Shown: positions 1 through 14,683 of the stretch, piece by piece
Layout of the letters: every line of letters begins with the position of its first letter
Numbering within the stretch: position 1 is the first letter of the stretch
Origin: Eledone cirrhosa
Lineage: Eukaryota
NCBI GenBank assembly: GCA_964016885.1
Contig: OZ024765.1
Location: forward strand, 7,626,001-7,690,000
Length of the DNA: 64,000 bases
Reading direction: 5' to 3'
Notes under the pieces: model-generated
Databases searched by the model: none
Seen by the model: only the letters and a program-made list of their open reading frames with translations
Told to the model about the DNA's origin: nothing
Program-made: the position numbers and the translations under genes

Positions 1-581
1 TATATAGATCAGTCCGTTTTTTCCTGCTAGCATGGGTTGTAGGGGCCGTCACACACCGGTCAGTAGTGAAATGGAGCTAGTGACCTATCGGGTGCTTCTC
101 CATCCTCTACACAAATTTAAACACATACACAGTTATACACCACAGTCTGCACACACATACATGCATAAATACAGGATGTCCCCCAAAAATGTATACATAC
201 TTTTTAGAATACTGTGGGACACCCTGTATGTATGTATGTATGTATAAATATATATATATATACACACACACAAAAATATATATATATACACTTATACACT
301 CATCAGGTTGATACATATACATACATCTACATTATTAGGTACACACTTGTAGGTATACTCATATACACACACATATATGCATATATACACACATAGCTTC
401 ATACACACACGTAAACATATATATATACATAAACATATATACATATATGCACACACGTAAATATATATATGCACACATATATGTAAATATATATATGCAC
501 ACAAACCAGCAGGTAGTCATATATAAATCGTAAGGTACACAAACACACATATGTGCATATGTATATATATGTGTGTGTTAG

Positions 582-621
<40 letters not shown>

Positions 622-1104
622 GCACCTAATTGTAATGGCAAAGTTTATAAAGTAGAAGTGGAATGATGGAAGAGAGATAAAAATGGAAGTTGATGTTGCT
701 AGCTATCATTTCTACCGAAGATTTCACTCAATAATTGATTAAAGATGTAATATATATAAATATATATACACACGCATATATATATATATATACACACACA
801 TACATATATATATGTGTCTACATGCATATATATATATATATATATGTGTGTATACATATATATGTGTATACATATATATGTGTATACATATATATATGTG
901 TATACATATATATGTGTATACATACACACATATATGTGTGTATACATATATATATGTGTATACATAGATATGTGTATATACATATATATATGTGTATGCA
1001 TAGATATGTGTGTATACATATATATGTGTGCGCGTATATATGGCAGTAACTTAAAATATTTTAGTTTATTTTATTTATCATATTACTTCTGGCGGTATTA
1101 CTGG

Positions 1105-1600
1105 GGTAGGGCGGTGGGGTTGGTGGTGGTGGTTGCGTTCCTGGTGGTGGTGGTGGTGGTTGTGGTGTCGGTGGTGTTGGTGTTGGTGTTGGTGTTGGCG
1201 GTGGTGGTGGAGTTTATTGGTGGTGGTGGTGTTTGTGATAATGGTGGTGATGTTGGTGATGTTGGTTGTGGTGTCGGTGATGGTGGTTGTGGTGTCGGTG
1301 ATGGTGGTGGTGGTGTTGGCGGTGGTGGTGGTGTTGGTGTTAGCGGTGGTGGTGGAGTTTAGTGGTGGTGGTGGTGGAGTTTAGTGGTGGTGGTGGTGGT
1401 GATGGTGGTTGTATGTAGTATTAATGATAGGGATGTTGGTGGCGTTTGTGTTGGTGTTGGCGGTAGTTTTGTCTTGTGTAGTGGTGTTGGTGGCGGTGGT
1501 TGTCTTGTGTAGTAGTGTTGGTGGTGGTGGTGATGGTTGTGGTATTAGGGGTGGGGGTTATAGGTAGTGTTACTGGTGGTGGTGGTGGTGGTGGTGTTAA
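1105..1600. repeat. (GGT)n-rich simple repeat
   Basis: Degenerate GGT/GGTGTT tandem tract. Confidence 0.9.
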
Positions 1601-1669
1601 TATTGGTGTGGGGGTGCTATTTCTATTTTATATCTTTTAAATCCCCTACTGATGTCTTTATCTCTGTGT

Positions 1670-2660
<991 letters not shown>

Positions 2661-3380
2661 TATTCACACTTCTATCTCACCACAGTATTTATATTAGGAA
2701 AGGAAAAATATATATTTTTTCATTCCTCCTCCTAACAAACGACATGACTTCATTTTGATCTCCACATAGTTTAATACCTTTACCCCTCTCCTGGCAAAAT
2801 ACGTACAAAAAAACAGGACCAAATTCCCCATTCCTACCTCTATCCCATCAACCAAAACCGTTAGTACAAAATTTTGCACCTGTAATTCTCACTCCTTGTG
2901 GAGTTTGGGTGCCTTAAATCATTTTAAACCTGGCGGGGCCCATCCTTTGTCTAGTCCAGGATTGAATACTCACCAATTTCTTAGTAAGAACGAGACTTGT
3001 ATTAGATTTATATTAGATAGAATTATATCTCATCTCATCTGTTCCGTAGCCTGGTGCACCGTTGGGGCGCTACAGGTGACCTGGCAACCAGCTCCTTCCA
3101 TTCTTCTCGCCTTTCCGCCTTCCTCGTGGTTGCACCAAGCCTTGCCTGTCCACTATATACACATAATCAATTATTGCTGGGCTATATACACATAATCAAT
3201 TATTGCTGGGAACCTTATAAAACACAAAAATAATTAATGAAAGCGAAAAAAAAAAAAAGCCCATTAATTTAACACCAAGTGTGTGAATTGGTGGCACACC
3301 ACAAGGAGTGCCGGAAATTTTTGTGGCAAGCCAAACACACTAGCAGCATTACCGCGGCTGATGTTGAGACTATGGCGCCG

Positions 3381-3670
3381 AAACAACCAAATACCCTCAG
3401 CAGGAACAAGCATCACCAGGCACATCGGAACGGCTTGGTGATGGCGAGGCTAAGGTGCTGAAACAACCAAGCATTCTCACCAGGAGAAAGCATCACCTAA
3501 CACCTCGGTAAGGCTAAGTGGTGGCGTGGTTAAGGTGCTGGAATAAACAAGCACCCGCACGGGCATCATCTAACACCTTGGTACGGCCTGGTGATGGTGG
3601 GGCTAAAGTGCTGGAATAACAAAGCGCCCTCGCGGGCATCACTTTACACCTCGGTAAGGCGGAGTCGCTA
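3381..3670. repeat. GC-rich degenerate tandem repeat, 73-80 bp, about 3.7 copies
   Basis: Units start at 3381, 3461, 3541 and 3614. They share GCATCA...CACC.CGGTA.GGC, and the first three end in TAAGGTGCTG or TAAAGTGCTG. Confidence 0.7.
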
Positions 3671-3968
3671 ACGATGACAAAGGCTTCGCTGTCAACGGCC
3701 CAGCTCCCCCAAATGTCTCGACAATACAGGCTGGGAAAAATAGTTATTTGAGAGTTCCCGGTATTTTAGGATTTTATTCTGTTCGGCTACGCAAGCAGTG
3801 ACTCTCACATTTACCACGGCTTTCATGATATGGGAAGGAGCAAAAGAGTCACTGACTGTGGTGTGGCGTCCCATTGAGAAATAGATATAGAGGAAGAACT
3901 GAGCCCAGTATTAGACTGTATTATAGCTGTCGAAACGGCCGAAGCTCAGCAGTCGTGGTCCTGACTAC

Positions 3969-4046
<78 letters not shown>

Positions 4047-4085
4047 ATATTAAATAAATGGAAACTATATTTATAAAACCATATT

Positions 4086-4147
4086 TATTCTATTATATAT
4101 ATTTCAAGAGTACCAAAAACTTTAGTACGCTTTCATCAGATAAAATA
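4086..4147 (-). ncRNA. Minimal type I hammerhead ribozyme motif, same family as 19703
   Basis: Reverse complement reads TATTTTAT-CTGATGA-AAGCGTACTAAAGTTTTTGGTACTCTT-GAAA-T-ATAT-A-TA-ATAGAATA. Confidence 0.7.
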
Positions 4148-4271
4148 CAAAGAGTGTTTTATAAATTTTGACATAGCCAAGGAAAAACATAACTTATCAG
4201 TTGAATATTCCTTGGGTAGTAATTTTTGGGGACACCCTGTGTATATATATATATATATATTTATATATTTA

Positions 4272-4340
4272 TATATTTTATCTGATGAGGACGTATTGAA
4301 AAAACAGCACAGTACCTCCGAAATATATATAATAAAATAT
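4272..4340 (+). ncRNA. Minimal type I hammerhead ribozyme motif
   Basis: Stem I ATATTTTAT/ATAAAATAT, core CTGATGA (4282), stem II GGA-CGTATTG...CAGTAC-CTCC, GAAA, stem III with palindromic ATAT loop, AUA cleavage triplet. Confidence 0.75.
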
Positions 4341-4359
4341 ATTTTGATTACGTTGAATG

Positions 4360-4410
<51 letters not shown>

Positions 4411-4412
<2 letters not shown>

Positions 4413-4510
4413 GGGTGTCCCAAAAATTGGATACAAGCTTTGATTACCTGTACAGGCAATATTTATTAGAACGCATAGCCTTTGTGTATACATTTTTTGG
4501 GACATCCTGT
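4411..4510. mobile_element. Tc1/mariner-type MITE (related short copy at about 170-228)
   Basis: TIRs CAGGGTGTCCCAAAAA and TTTTTGGGACATCCTG, in a TA context. Confidence 0.7.
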
Positions 4511-4996
4511 ATGTGTGTATATATATATATATATTTCGTTTCTGAATTTGTTTAGCAAGATTCTTTATCTGAAAACGTGTTGAAACCGATATTGTTATAT
4601 ACCAATGATGGTTGGCGAAATCACTGATGAGGGACTAATTTTTTAATATGTAATCCATGTGCAACCATGCAGTATTCTTCTTCCCCTTGTTTTTCATATA
4701 TATATTGAAAGTTTTCATGAAATAGTCTTTTAAGACTATACAGAGCATTTGATGTTATTCCAAATTGAAGGATAAGTGTTTTAAACTTTATTTTATCATG
4801 AGTTAAAGGTCTATTGATTTTTCCCTGGATTTCACTAAATTCTGTGGATGAATTTATATCCTGATTCTCTTTTGAGATGAGTTTGAATTATTTTTCCTAC
4901 ATCTTACGTTAACTACTTTTCCCATCTTGACGACATAGTCGCATATATGTTATAGAATACTATTAGCTTCTCGCTAAAACAATCTCTATACCTCTC

Positions 4997-5044
<48 letters not shown>

Positions 5045-5193
5045 GTATATATATAATATGAGAGAGAGAGAAGAAGATATAAATATAGACATAAGCGTCG
5101 AAAAGATGACAGCACATTAACCTCGGTGGGGCCTGAACTGAAGAAGTTAGAGCGGGAACGAATACCGCTTTCATTTTTTTTTACCTCGGGGAA

Positions 5194-5196
5194 ATG
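5194..5196 (+). CDS. boule: Candidate boule coding exon 1 (initiator ATG only)
   Basis: ...CCTCGGGGAA ATG|GTGGGT in a small non-repetitive island. A phase-0 join to 14567 gives MSSSDVSPCP... Vertebrate DAZL exon 1 also supplies only the start codon. No transcript evidence. Confidence 0.4.
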
Positions 5197-5249
5197 GTGG
5201 GTCCTTCCTCTACTTCGACTACGAGCATTCGATTAACTTGGACGTTCAA

Positions 5250-6815
5250 TGAACGTGTGAGTGGTTGAGTATTCCGTTTACACAACGTACATGCATGAAC
5301 CCCTAACTCATATCTCAAGCTGAGTTAACGTGACTCAATATCAACGTGACAAAGCTGGACCTTTTGAATTACGAGTGGTTGAGTATTCCGTTTACACAAC
5401 GTACATGCATGAACCCCCAACTCAATTCAAAAGCTGAGTTAACGTGACTCAATATCAACGTGACAAAGATGGACCTTTTGAATTACAAGTACAGTCCTTA
5501 TTGTATTATAGTCTAAGTGGCTGAGCATTCCACGGACATTTGAATTAATAGTACAGTCTATATTGTATTGTGGATTGGCAGAATCGATAGAGGGTCGGAC
5601 GCCATGCTTTGACGCATAGAGTTACGGCCCTTGCCATTCTGAGTTCAAATCCCGCCGAGGTTAACTTTGCCTTTCATCCTTACGGGGTCAATAAAATAAA
5701 GTACCAGTAATACACTGGTTAATTGCTGGCCTTGTGCCAAAAGTAGAAACAATTATTGTGTATTAGGCAGTGTATTTTACGGGGTCGATAAAATAAAGTA
5801 CCAGTAATGCACTGGATGATTGCTGACCTTGTGCCAAACGTAGAAACAATTATTGTGTATTAGGCGGTGGATTGACAGTATCGGTAAAGCGTCAGACACC
5901 ATGCTTTGAAGTGTAGAGTTATGGCCCTTTACGTTTTGAGTTTAAATCCTTACGGGTCGATAAAATAAAGTACCAGTAATGTACTGAGGTAATTGCAGGC
6001 CTTGTGCCAAAAGTAGAAACAATTGTGTATGTGGCTGAGTATTCCACAGACCTTGTACCCTTAACGTAATTCTCAGGGAGATTCAGTGAGTGATACGGTT
6101 GGCCCTTTGATTTACATGTACTTCATCTTGTATTATAGCAGAGTGTTCCAGACATGTGTACACTTAATGTAATTCTCAGGGAGATTCAGCATGACAAAGC
6201 TGCTCCTTTAAATTACAGGTACAGTCCATCTTGTATTATAGTGTAAGTGGCTGAGTATTCCACAGACACGTGTACCCTAAACGTAAATCTCAGGAGGGAG
6301 ATTCAACATGACAATGTGATAAAGGTGGACTTTTTGTGGTAAACTTTTACCTTTTGAATTTATTTTGAATTTATTAAATGAAAGATTTTGTCAATTTGAA
6401 TTATTACACTTCTCGGCTGTTATAATTGTTTCTACGTTAGGCACAAGGCCAGCAATTACTCAGTGTATTACTGGTACTTTATTTTATCGACCTCGTAAGG
6501 ATGAAAGGCAAAGTTAACCTCGGCGGGATTTGAACTCAGAATGGCAAGGGCCGTAACTCTATGCTTCAAAGCATGGCGTCCGACCCTCGGCTGTTATAAT
6601 GATAGGAAGCCTCAGTTGTATTATTTCGGTGGATTGGCAGTATCAATAGAGGGTCGGACGCCATGTTTTGACGCATAGAGTTACGGCCCTTGCCATTCTG
6701 AGTTCAAATCCCGCCGAGGTTAACTTTGCCTTTCATCCTTACGGGGGTCGATAAAATAAAGTACCAGTAATGCATTGGGTAATTGCTGGCCTTGTGCCAA
6801 AAGTAGAGACAATTA
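5250..6815. mobile_element. Cluster of SINEs and SINE fragments, including an inverted pair at 6416-6590 (-) and 6628-6815 (+)
   Basis: tRNA-like head GGTGGATTGGCAG...GAGTTCAAATCC plus central GCCTTTCATCCTTACGGGGTCGATAAAATAAAGTACC (Nin/Deu-like). CTCGGCTGTTATAAT is directly repeated around the minus copy. Confidence 0.85.
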
Positions 6816-6819
6816 TATT

Positions 6820-9035
6820 GTTACAGTTCACACCTGTGTAGGTTTAGCTGACTTCCAATGAAGTTTCTCAGGTGCTTTAATGATAGGGCTCTCCAAGTCC
6901 TATCATATTGTTGTTACAGCTCACACCTATATAGGTTTAGCTGTCTTTAGAGGTTCCTTCTAAGACGAGGTTTCTCAGGTGTTTCAATGATGGAAGATGG
7001 GGGTGAGTTGTGCCATATCGTTACAACTCACACCTATGTAGATTTAGCTGGTCTCCTCTGAGGTTCCTTCTCAGGTTTCTCAGGTGTTTCAATGATGGAA
7101 GGTGGGGGTGAGTTGTGCCATATCGTTACAACTCACACCTATGTAGATTTAGCTGGTCTCCTCTGAGGTTCCTTCTCAGGTTTCTCAGGTGTTTCAATGA
7201 TGGAAGGTGGGGGTGAGTTGTGCCATATCGTTACAACTCACACCTATGTAGATTTAGCTGGTCTCCTCTGAGGTTCCTTCTCAGGTTTCTCAGGTGTTTT
7301 AACGATAGCACCCCCCTTAAGTCCTATCATTTTTACATCTCACACCTATGTAGATTTAGCTGGCCTCCAACGAGGTTCCCTCTCATAGGTTTCTGAGATG
7401 TTTTAACGATAGGGCACCCTCAATCCCATCATATTGTTGTTACAGCTCAGAGCTATATAGGTTTAGCTGGCCTCCAATGAGGTTCCTTCTCATAGGTTTC
7501 TCAGATGTTTTAACGATAGGGCACCCTCAGTCCCATCATATTGTTGTTACAGCTCAGAGCTATATAGGTTTAGCTGGCCTCCAATGAGGTTCCCTCTCAT
7601 AGGTTTCTCAGATGTTTTAACGATAGGGCACCCTCAGTCCCATCATATTGTTGTTACAGCTCAGAGCTATATAGGTTTAGCTGGCCTCCAATGAGGTTCC
7701 CTCTCATAGGTTTCTCAGATGTTTTAACGATAGGGCACCCTCAGTCCCATCATATTGTTGTTACAGCTCAGAGCTATATAGGTTTAGCTGGCCTCCAATG
7801 AGGTTCCCTCTCATAGGTTTCTCAGATGTTTTAACGATAGGGCACCCTCAGTCCCATCATATTGTTGTTACAGCTCAGAGCTATATAGGTTTAGCTGGCC
7901 TCCAATGAGGTTCCCTCTCATAGGTTTCTCAGATGTTTTAACGATAGGGCACCCTCAGTCCCATCATATTGTTGTTACAGCTCAGAGCTATATAGGTTTA
8001 GCTGGCCTCCAATGAGGTTCCCTCTCATAGGTTTCTCAGATGTTTTAACGATAGGGCACCCTCAGTCCCATCATATTGTTGTTACAGCTCAGAGCTATAT
8101 AGGTTTAGCTGGCCTCCAATGAGGTTCCCTCTCATAGGTTTCTCAGATGTTTTAACGATAGGGCACCCTCAGTCCCATCATATTGTTGTTACAGCTCAGA
8201 GCTATATAGGTTTAGCTGGCCTCCAATGAGGTTCCTTCTCATAGGTTTCTCAGATGTTTTAACGATAGGGCACCCTCAGTCCCATCATATTGTTGTTACA
8301 GCTCAGAGCTATATAGGTTTAGCTGGCCTCCAATGAGGTTCCTTCTCATAGGTTTCTCAGATGTTTTAACGATAGGGCACCCTCAGTCCCATCATATTGT
8401 TGTTACAGCTCAGAGCTATATAGGTTTAGCTGGCCTCCAATGAGGTTCCCTCTCATAGGTTTCTCAGATGTTTTAACGATAGGGCACCCTCAGTCCCATC
8501 ATATTGTTGTTACAGCTCAGAGCTATATAGGTTTAGCTGGCCTCCAATGAGGTTCCTTCTCATAGGTTTCTCAGATGTTTTAACGATAGGGCACCCTCAG
8601 TCCCATCATATTGTTGTTACAGCTCAGAGCTATATAGGTTTAGCTGGCCTCCAATGAGGTTCCTTCTCATAGGAGGTTTCTCGGGTGTTTTAATGATAGA
8701 GCCCTCCTCCCCAGCTTATCATATTGTTGCAGCCTCCAATGAGGTTGCATACCATAGGATATATTTCAGGTATTTTAAAGTTAAGGGTTCCCAGTCCTAT
8801 ACTGTTCTTGTTACAGCTTACACCTATGTAGGTTTAGATAGCTTTCAATGAGGCTCCACCTCGTATGCTATTTCTCAGGTGTTATAACTCACACCTATAC
8901 AGATTTAGGCTGGCCTCCTTCAAAGTTCCTTCCCATAAGAAGTTTCTCAGGTGTTTTAACGATAGGGACCCCCCCATCCAGTCCTATCATTGTTAACGAT
9001 AGGGCCCTTCCCAATCTTATGTTACAGCTCACACA
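6820..9035. repeat. 107-bp minisatellite: homogeneous core about 7370-8670 (about 12 copies) with diverged 105-bp flanking units
   Basis: TAACGATAGG recurs at 7511 and 7618 (period 107). Confidence 0.95.
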
Positions 9036-9296
9036 TATAGAGTAGAGTGGGTGTTTTGTCATGTCACCAGTACTACCACCTTATAGAGTAGAGTGGGTGT
9101 TTTGTCATGTCACCAGCACTACCACCTTATAGAGTAGAGTGGGTGTTTTGTCATGTCACCAGTACTACCACCTTATAGAGTAGAGTGGGTGTTTTGTCAT
9201 GTCACCAGTACTACCACCTTATAGAGTAGAGTGGGTGTTTTGTCATGTCACCAGTACTACCACCTTATAGAGTAGAGTGGGTGTTTTGTCATGTCA
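9036..9296 (-). repeat. 46-bp minisatellite, about 5.5 copies, reverse complement of the 14810-16730 array
   Basis: Unit AGAGTAGAGTGGGTGTTTTGTCATGTCACCAGTACTACCACCTTAT. Confidence 0.95.
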
Positions 9297-9548
9297 ACTA
9301 GCCTTTAATTTCTATAGTGCTTTTACAAGTGGACATTGAAATTTATTGTAGTAAAAACTTTCAAGTTTAATATGTTGCAGTCATAGTGCTGTGTGTATGT
9401 ATGTGTGTGTCTGTATATGTATATTTGTATTTGTGTTTGTGTGTGTGTATATATATATATATACACACACTTGTTCAGCGCATCGGTAGGGGTTCTCCTA
9501 CATGGATATAAAGTAGTGGCTGTACTCGAAAACGAGTTGGCAGCCACC

Positions 9549-9589
<41 letters not shown>

Positions 9590-9723
9590 CATACATATAT
9601 TTATATATGTATATGTGTATATATATATATATATGTATGTATATAATTGTGTGTGTATATATTTATATATATACATACATACATATATTTATATATGTAT
9701 ATGTGTATATATATGTATATAAT

Positions 9724-9783
<60 letters not shown>

Positions 9784-9908
9784 CATACATATATTTATAT
9801 ATGTATATGTGTATATATGTATATGTGTATATATATATATATATATGTATGTATATAATTGTGTGTATATATATATATATATATACATACATACATATAT
9901 TTATATAT

Positions 9909-9940
<32 letters not shown>

Positions 9941-10245
9941 GTATATGTGTATATAATTGTGTGTATATATATATGTGTGTGTGTATAGAGTGCTCCGGGA
10001 CCAGAGCTAGTATAAGAGGAGGGAATCCATTGTAGAAGTAGACCAAGAAAGACCTGGGTGGAGGTGGTGGACCAGGGTGGAGGTGGAAGACCTGGGTGGA
10101 GGTGGAGGTGGAGGACCTGGGTGGAGGTGGTGGACCTGGGTGGAGGTGGTGAGAGCTGATCGTAAATTACTGAGATGAAGGAATGCGATGAGTGGAAAGA
10201 TGCTGACAAGGACTCATCCAACCCATGCAAGCATGGAAAAACGAT

Positions 10246-10313
<68 letters not shown>

Positions 10314-10844
10314 TAAAAAAAATATTAAAAAAAATTAAAAATTTAAAAAAAAATATAAAAAAAAATATAAAAAAAAAATATTAAAAAAAATATTTAAAAA
10401 AAATATAAAAAAAACTATAAAAAAAAAACACTTGGATTGGACACTACCGTAAACTCTTGGTAGATTTATCTATATATATATATATATATATTATATGTAG
10501 GAGGTGAGTTTTATTGTAGTACAATAAAGCAATGCAGATATCGGATAAGAAGCACTCTACAGTTTGTAGGACTGGAGTATACATAATATATAAGATCAAA
10601 ATCTTTTGATCTTATATATTATATATATATATTATATATATATATTTTATATATATATATAATATATATTTATATATATATATAATATATATTTATATAT
10701 ATATATAATATATATTTATATATATATATAATATATATATATATAATATATATTTATATATATATATAATATATATATAATATCTATTTATATATATATA
10801 TAATATATATATAATATATATTTTATTTATATATATATATATTT

Positions 10845-10907
<63 letters not shown>

Positions 10908-11448
10908 GGAAAATTTGAACAGGAACAAAATAGAGGCAGTACCACGAATGTTTATTAATTTCACGCTCTGGAGAGTGGGGTGGTGGATATATATATATAT
11001 ATGGAGGCACATGGCTTAGTGGTTAGAGCATTGGCCTTGCAATCGAAAGGTGAGTTCAATTCTCAGACCATGGGGTGTGTTATTTCCTTGATCAAGACAC
11101 TTTATTTCACATTGCTCCAGTTTACTCAGCTGTAGAAATGAGATGATAGGGACTGGGGTCCCTATCATTCCACTGTAAAGTGGTCGTGGAGGTGCCACGG
11201 CAAAAAAGCACCCAGCACTCACTGTAAATGAGGTTGGTGTTAAGAAGGGCATCCATATATATATATATATATATATATATAAACACACACACACACATGC
11301 AAGAGACCATAACTGAGATGTAGGGGCTGATGTAATAACATTCAGTGTATCGTGCAGTCCATCCCATCTCCAGATTTATACACAGCTGATTTCTTCTAGA
11401 AGAGTGAGAAAGAGGTATAGAAGAAGAATGAAATGTCAGATGTGTGTT

Positions 11449-11491
<43 letters not shown>

Positions 11492-11799
11492 ATATATATA
11501 AGTGTTGAAGTTTCCGTTGAAAAAGTCAGAGGAATGAAGAGTGCTCTATGTAAGTAACAGAGCTAAATATTTAATGTATAATAAACAATACAATATAATT
11601 ACCTCATTACCAGAGGTTTCTTGTATCCGTCTTATTAAGGAAACCTCTGGTAATAAGGTAATTATATTGTATTGTTTATTATACATTTCATATATATATA
11701 TATATATATATTGGAAAAATGTGTGAGATCCTTGGTACAGTTAGGTATATTTGAAACTATTCATGTATTTGGTGTCTTTTTTTTAATGGATCATCATTT

Positions 11800-12135
11800 C
11801 ATCATCATTTCATTTTACGTCCACTTTTCCCTGCTTGCAAAGGTGGGACGGGAACTGATTCTGGCTTTATTTCTACAGCTGGATGCCCTTCCTAACACCA
11901 ACCTCATTTACAGTGAGTGCTGGGTGCTTTTTTGCCGTGGCACCTCCACGTCCACTTTACAGTGGAATGATATGGACCCCAGTCCCTATCATCTCATTTC
12001 TACAGCTGAGTAAACTGGAGCAATGTGAAATAAAGTGTCTTGCTCAAGGAAACAACACATCAGCCGGTCTGAGAATTGAACTCACAACCTTTCGATTGCA
12101 AGGCCAATGCTCTAACCACTAAGCCATGTGCCTCC
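11800..12135 (-). mobile_element. tRNA-derived SINE with RTE-like (GAT)n tail (other copies 11002-11255, 12847-13190, 30123-30550, 31188-31525, 55315-55645; related heads at 44678 and 45032)
   Basis: Head GGAGGCACATGGCTTAGTGGTTAGAGC...GAGTTCAATTC (A/B boxes), CCTTGAGCAAGACACTT core, GGAAGGGCATCCAGCTGTAGAAA, tail ...GGACGTAAAATGATGATG. Copies are near-identical. Confidence 0.9.
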
Positions 12136-12164
12136 ATATATATAAATGTTTATACTTGGCTATT

Positions 12165-12450
12165 TGGCGTGGCAATAAAGGCTATTTGGCATGGCAATAA
12201 AGTCTTTGGAATAACCCTCTAAATGAAAATGCACATGTTGAAACTAAAATTAATATATTCTGCAAAACATAATCTCCATTGAGTGCAGTAACATCTTTAC
12301 AGTGCTTATGGAAAAATTTACATTTAACTCTTTCTGGAACCGTTCCTTCAGCAATTGTCAAAATCACCCCAATCATTCATCTACCACCTCTTCTAATGAA
12401 GTGAAAACAAATTTTCAAAGATATTGCTTTAATAACTTGAACACCCAATA
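12165..12450 (-). mobile_element. Degenerate mariner 3' end
   Basis: Minus-strand translation contains ...ALNGDYV..., resembling a mariner transposase C-terminus, next to a TIR-like end. Confidence 0.4.
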
Positions 12451-13575
12451 ATCGCACAAATTTAACCTTTATTTACTATTGGATTTTCAAGGTAAAGGCT
12501 TTACTTACTTCACATAATGATCTCACATAATATTGAATCTATGAGATTTTGATATTATTTATTTTGAGATCAATACCTTAACATCATTATGAGTGGCCAT
12601 TTATGGCCAGTTTGAACAGAAAGAGGTGAGAGAATTCTGGCCAGATACGGCCGGTTTAAATGCTAAAGGGTTAAGTAGGGTGATTGTTTCATCGTTGCCA
12701 CTCTTCACTTCTGGAAAAAACCCTTTTTGGATTCAGCAGTTCGATGCATGACAGCAAAATAATTATGCAGAGGCCTGTGATAAAATACAACATTCATACA
12801 GAATATCATACGCATACAAGAAAGTTCAAATTCCAACTAATATTAATGGAGGCACATGGCTTAGTGGTTAGAGCATTGGCTTTGCAATCAAAAGGTTGTG
12901 AGTTCAATTCTCAGACCGGGTGATGTGTTGTTTCCTTGAGCAAGACACTTTATTTCACATTGCTCCAGTTTACTCAGCTGTAGAAATGAGATGATAGGGA
13001 CTGGGGTCCATATCATTCCACTGTAAAGTGATTGTGGAGGTGCCACGGCAAAAAAGCACCCAGCACTTACTGTAAATGAGGTTGGTGTTAGGAAGGGCAT
13101 CCAGCTGTAGAAATCAAGCCAGAATCAGTTCCCGTCCCACCCTTGCAAGCAGGGAGAAAGTGGACGTAAAATGAAATGATGATGATGATTAACTACATTT
13201 ACTGCTATATATGGCACTAGCGTGGAAGATGGACATTAAACGATGTCGATATATATATATATATACAAGGATGATTTGTTAAGCTTTCATTATGTTTATT
13301 GATTAGTGACACGTGTTTCGCTATTGATCAGCTCATGGTTCGATCTGTATTGATCTGGTCAAACTCTGGAATCAAAAGCTTGTCGGACCTCTGCTGTAGT
13401 AATCAATAGTGAAACGCCCGTCACCAATCAATAAACATAATGAAGGCTTAACAAATCGTCCTTGTATTATTATATTACACTCTGTCTAGCTCTACACCTC
13501 CACACTGACGTGAACCTAATCACCGAGTGCTCACCTGGGTGAACCTACAGTAACTTCACGTTACACTTCCTGGAT

Positions 13576-13615
<40 letters not shown>

Positions 13616-13762
13616 CACACACACATATATATATATGAGAAAAGTTTTTTTTTTTTAAAATAAAAAAAAAACGTGATGTGAAAATATAGGGAAAAGAAAT
13701 CGAAAATGCAACTGGAGTCTTTTTAAGAATATTTTGAATATATATATATATGTATGTATGTA

Positions 13763-13845
<83 letters not shown>

Positions 13846-14566
13846 ATGTATGTATGTATGTTTTCTCTTTCTCTTAATTTCGAGTATATTTTTTTGACCG
13901 GCCACCTTCCTGGTGGCGAGGTTGTAAAAGGAAAGAAATTGTCATCCCTTGAATCGCAAGAATGTTTTGCAAATTTTGAAGGTGCCAGCTATCGCAGCCA
14001 TTTGTAGACTATGACTGTGTTATGTATGTATGTATGTATGTATGTATGGATGGATGGATGGATGGTCGGGTCATTGGCGACTAAACTGGCAACCCCACCA
14101 AGGTTTCTTGGTGAGGAGGGTGACTTTGGACATCCTGCAGGACCAAAATCAAAACCTGTCAAAGGGCAAAGGAGCTCTAACCACTAAGCCATGTGCCTCC
14201 ATTATGCAAACCATTAATTTATCAAAACCCAAATTTCTCAGAACCCAAATTTCTCAGTTTGTATGAATGTCCTAATATCCAGTAATCCTGGTTATATGAC
14301 AAAGAATGTGTCAGCAATCAACATAAACTGTAGGGTTTCTCTTATGTTACCATATATTTATCAAAACATGAATCTCTCAGTTTGTATGAATGTTCATATA
14401 CCCAGTAATCCTGGTTTATATGATACACCAGTGCTGGTATATATGATATACCAGTGCTGGTATATATGATACACCAGTGCTGGTATATATGATATATTCA
14501 TTGCAATTGCCATCATTATTGACCACAATGGTCCACTAGTAATAAATATTTATCTGCCTTTTGCAG

Positions 14567-14683
14567 TCCTCATCTGATGTTTCACCATGTCCGACACCTG
14601 TTGGAACCCCAATCAGTACTCAGGCACCAAAATATGGAACTGTGATACCCAACAGGATATTTGTTGGCGGAATTACCACAACG
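14567..14683 (+). CDS. boule: boule exon with RNP2: SSSDVSPCPTPVGTPISTQAPKYGTVIPNRIFVGGITTT
   Basis: TTTTGCAG acceptor and ACG|GTAAGT donor, 117 nt, phase 0. APKYGTVIPNRIFVGGI is the Boule/DAZ-family RRM N-terminal signature. Confidence 0.95.

Noticed and set aside
4595-4690. CTGATGAG motif (also at about 18746) as a hammerhead
   Set aside because: No properly placed downstream GAAA, stem III or stem I partner was found.
11002-11075. tRNA-like sequences at SINE heads
   Set aside because: They have A/B boxes but no complete cloverleaf and are always fused to a SINE body.
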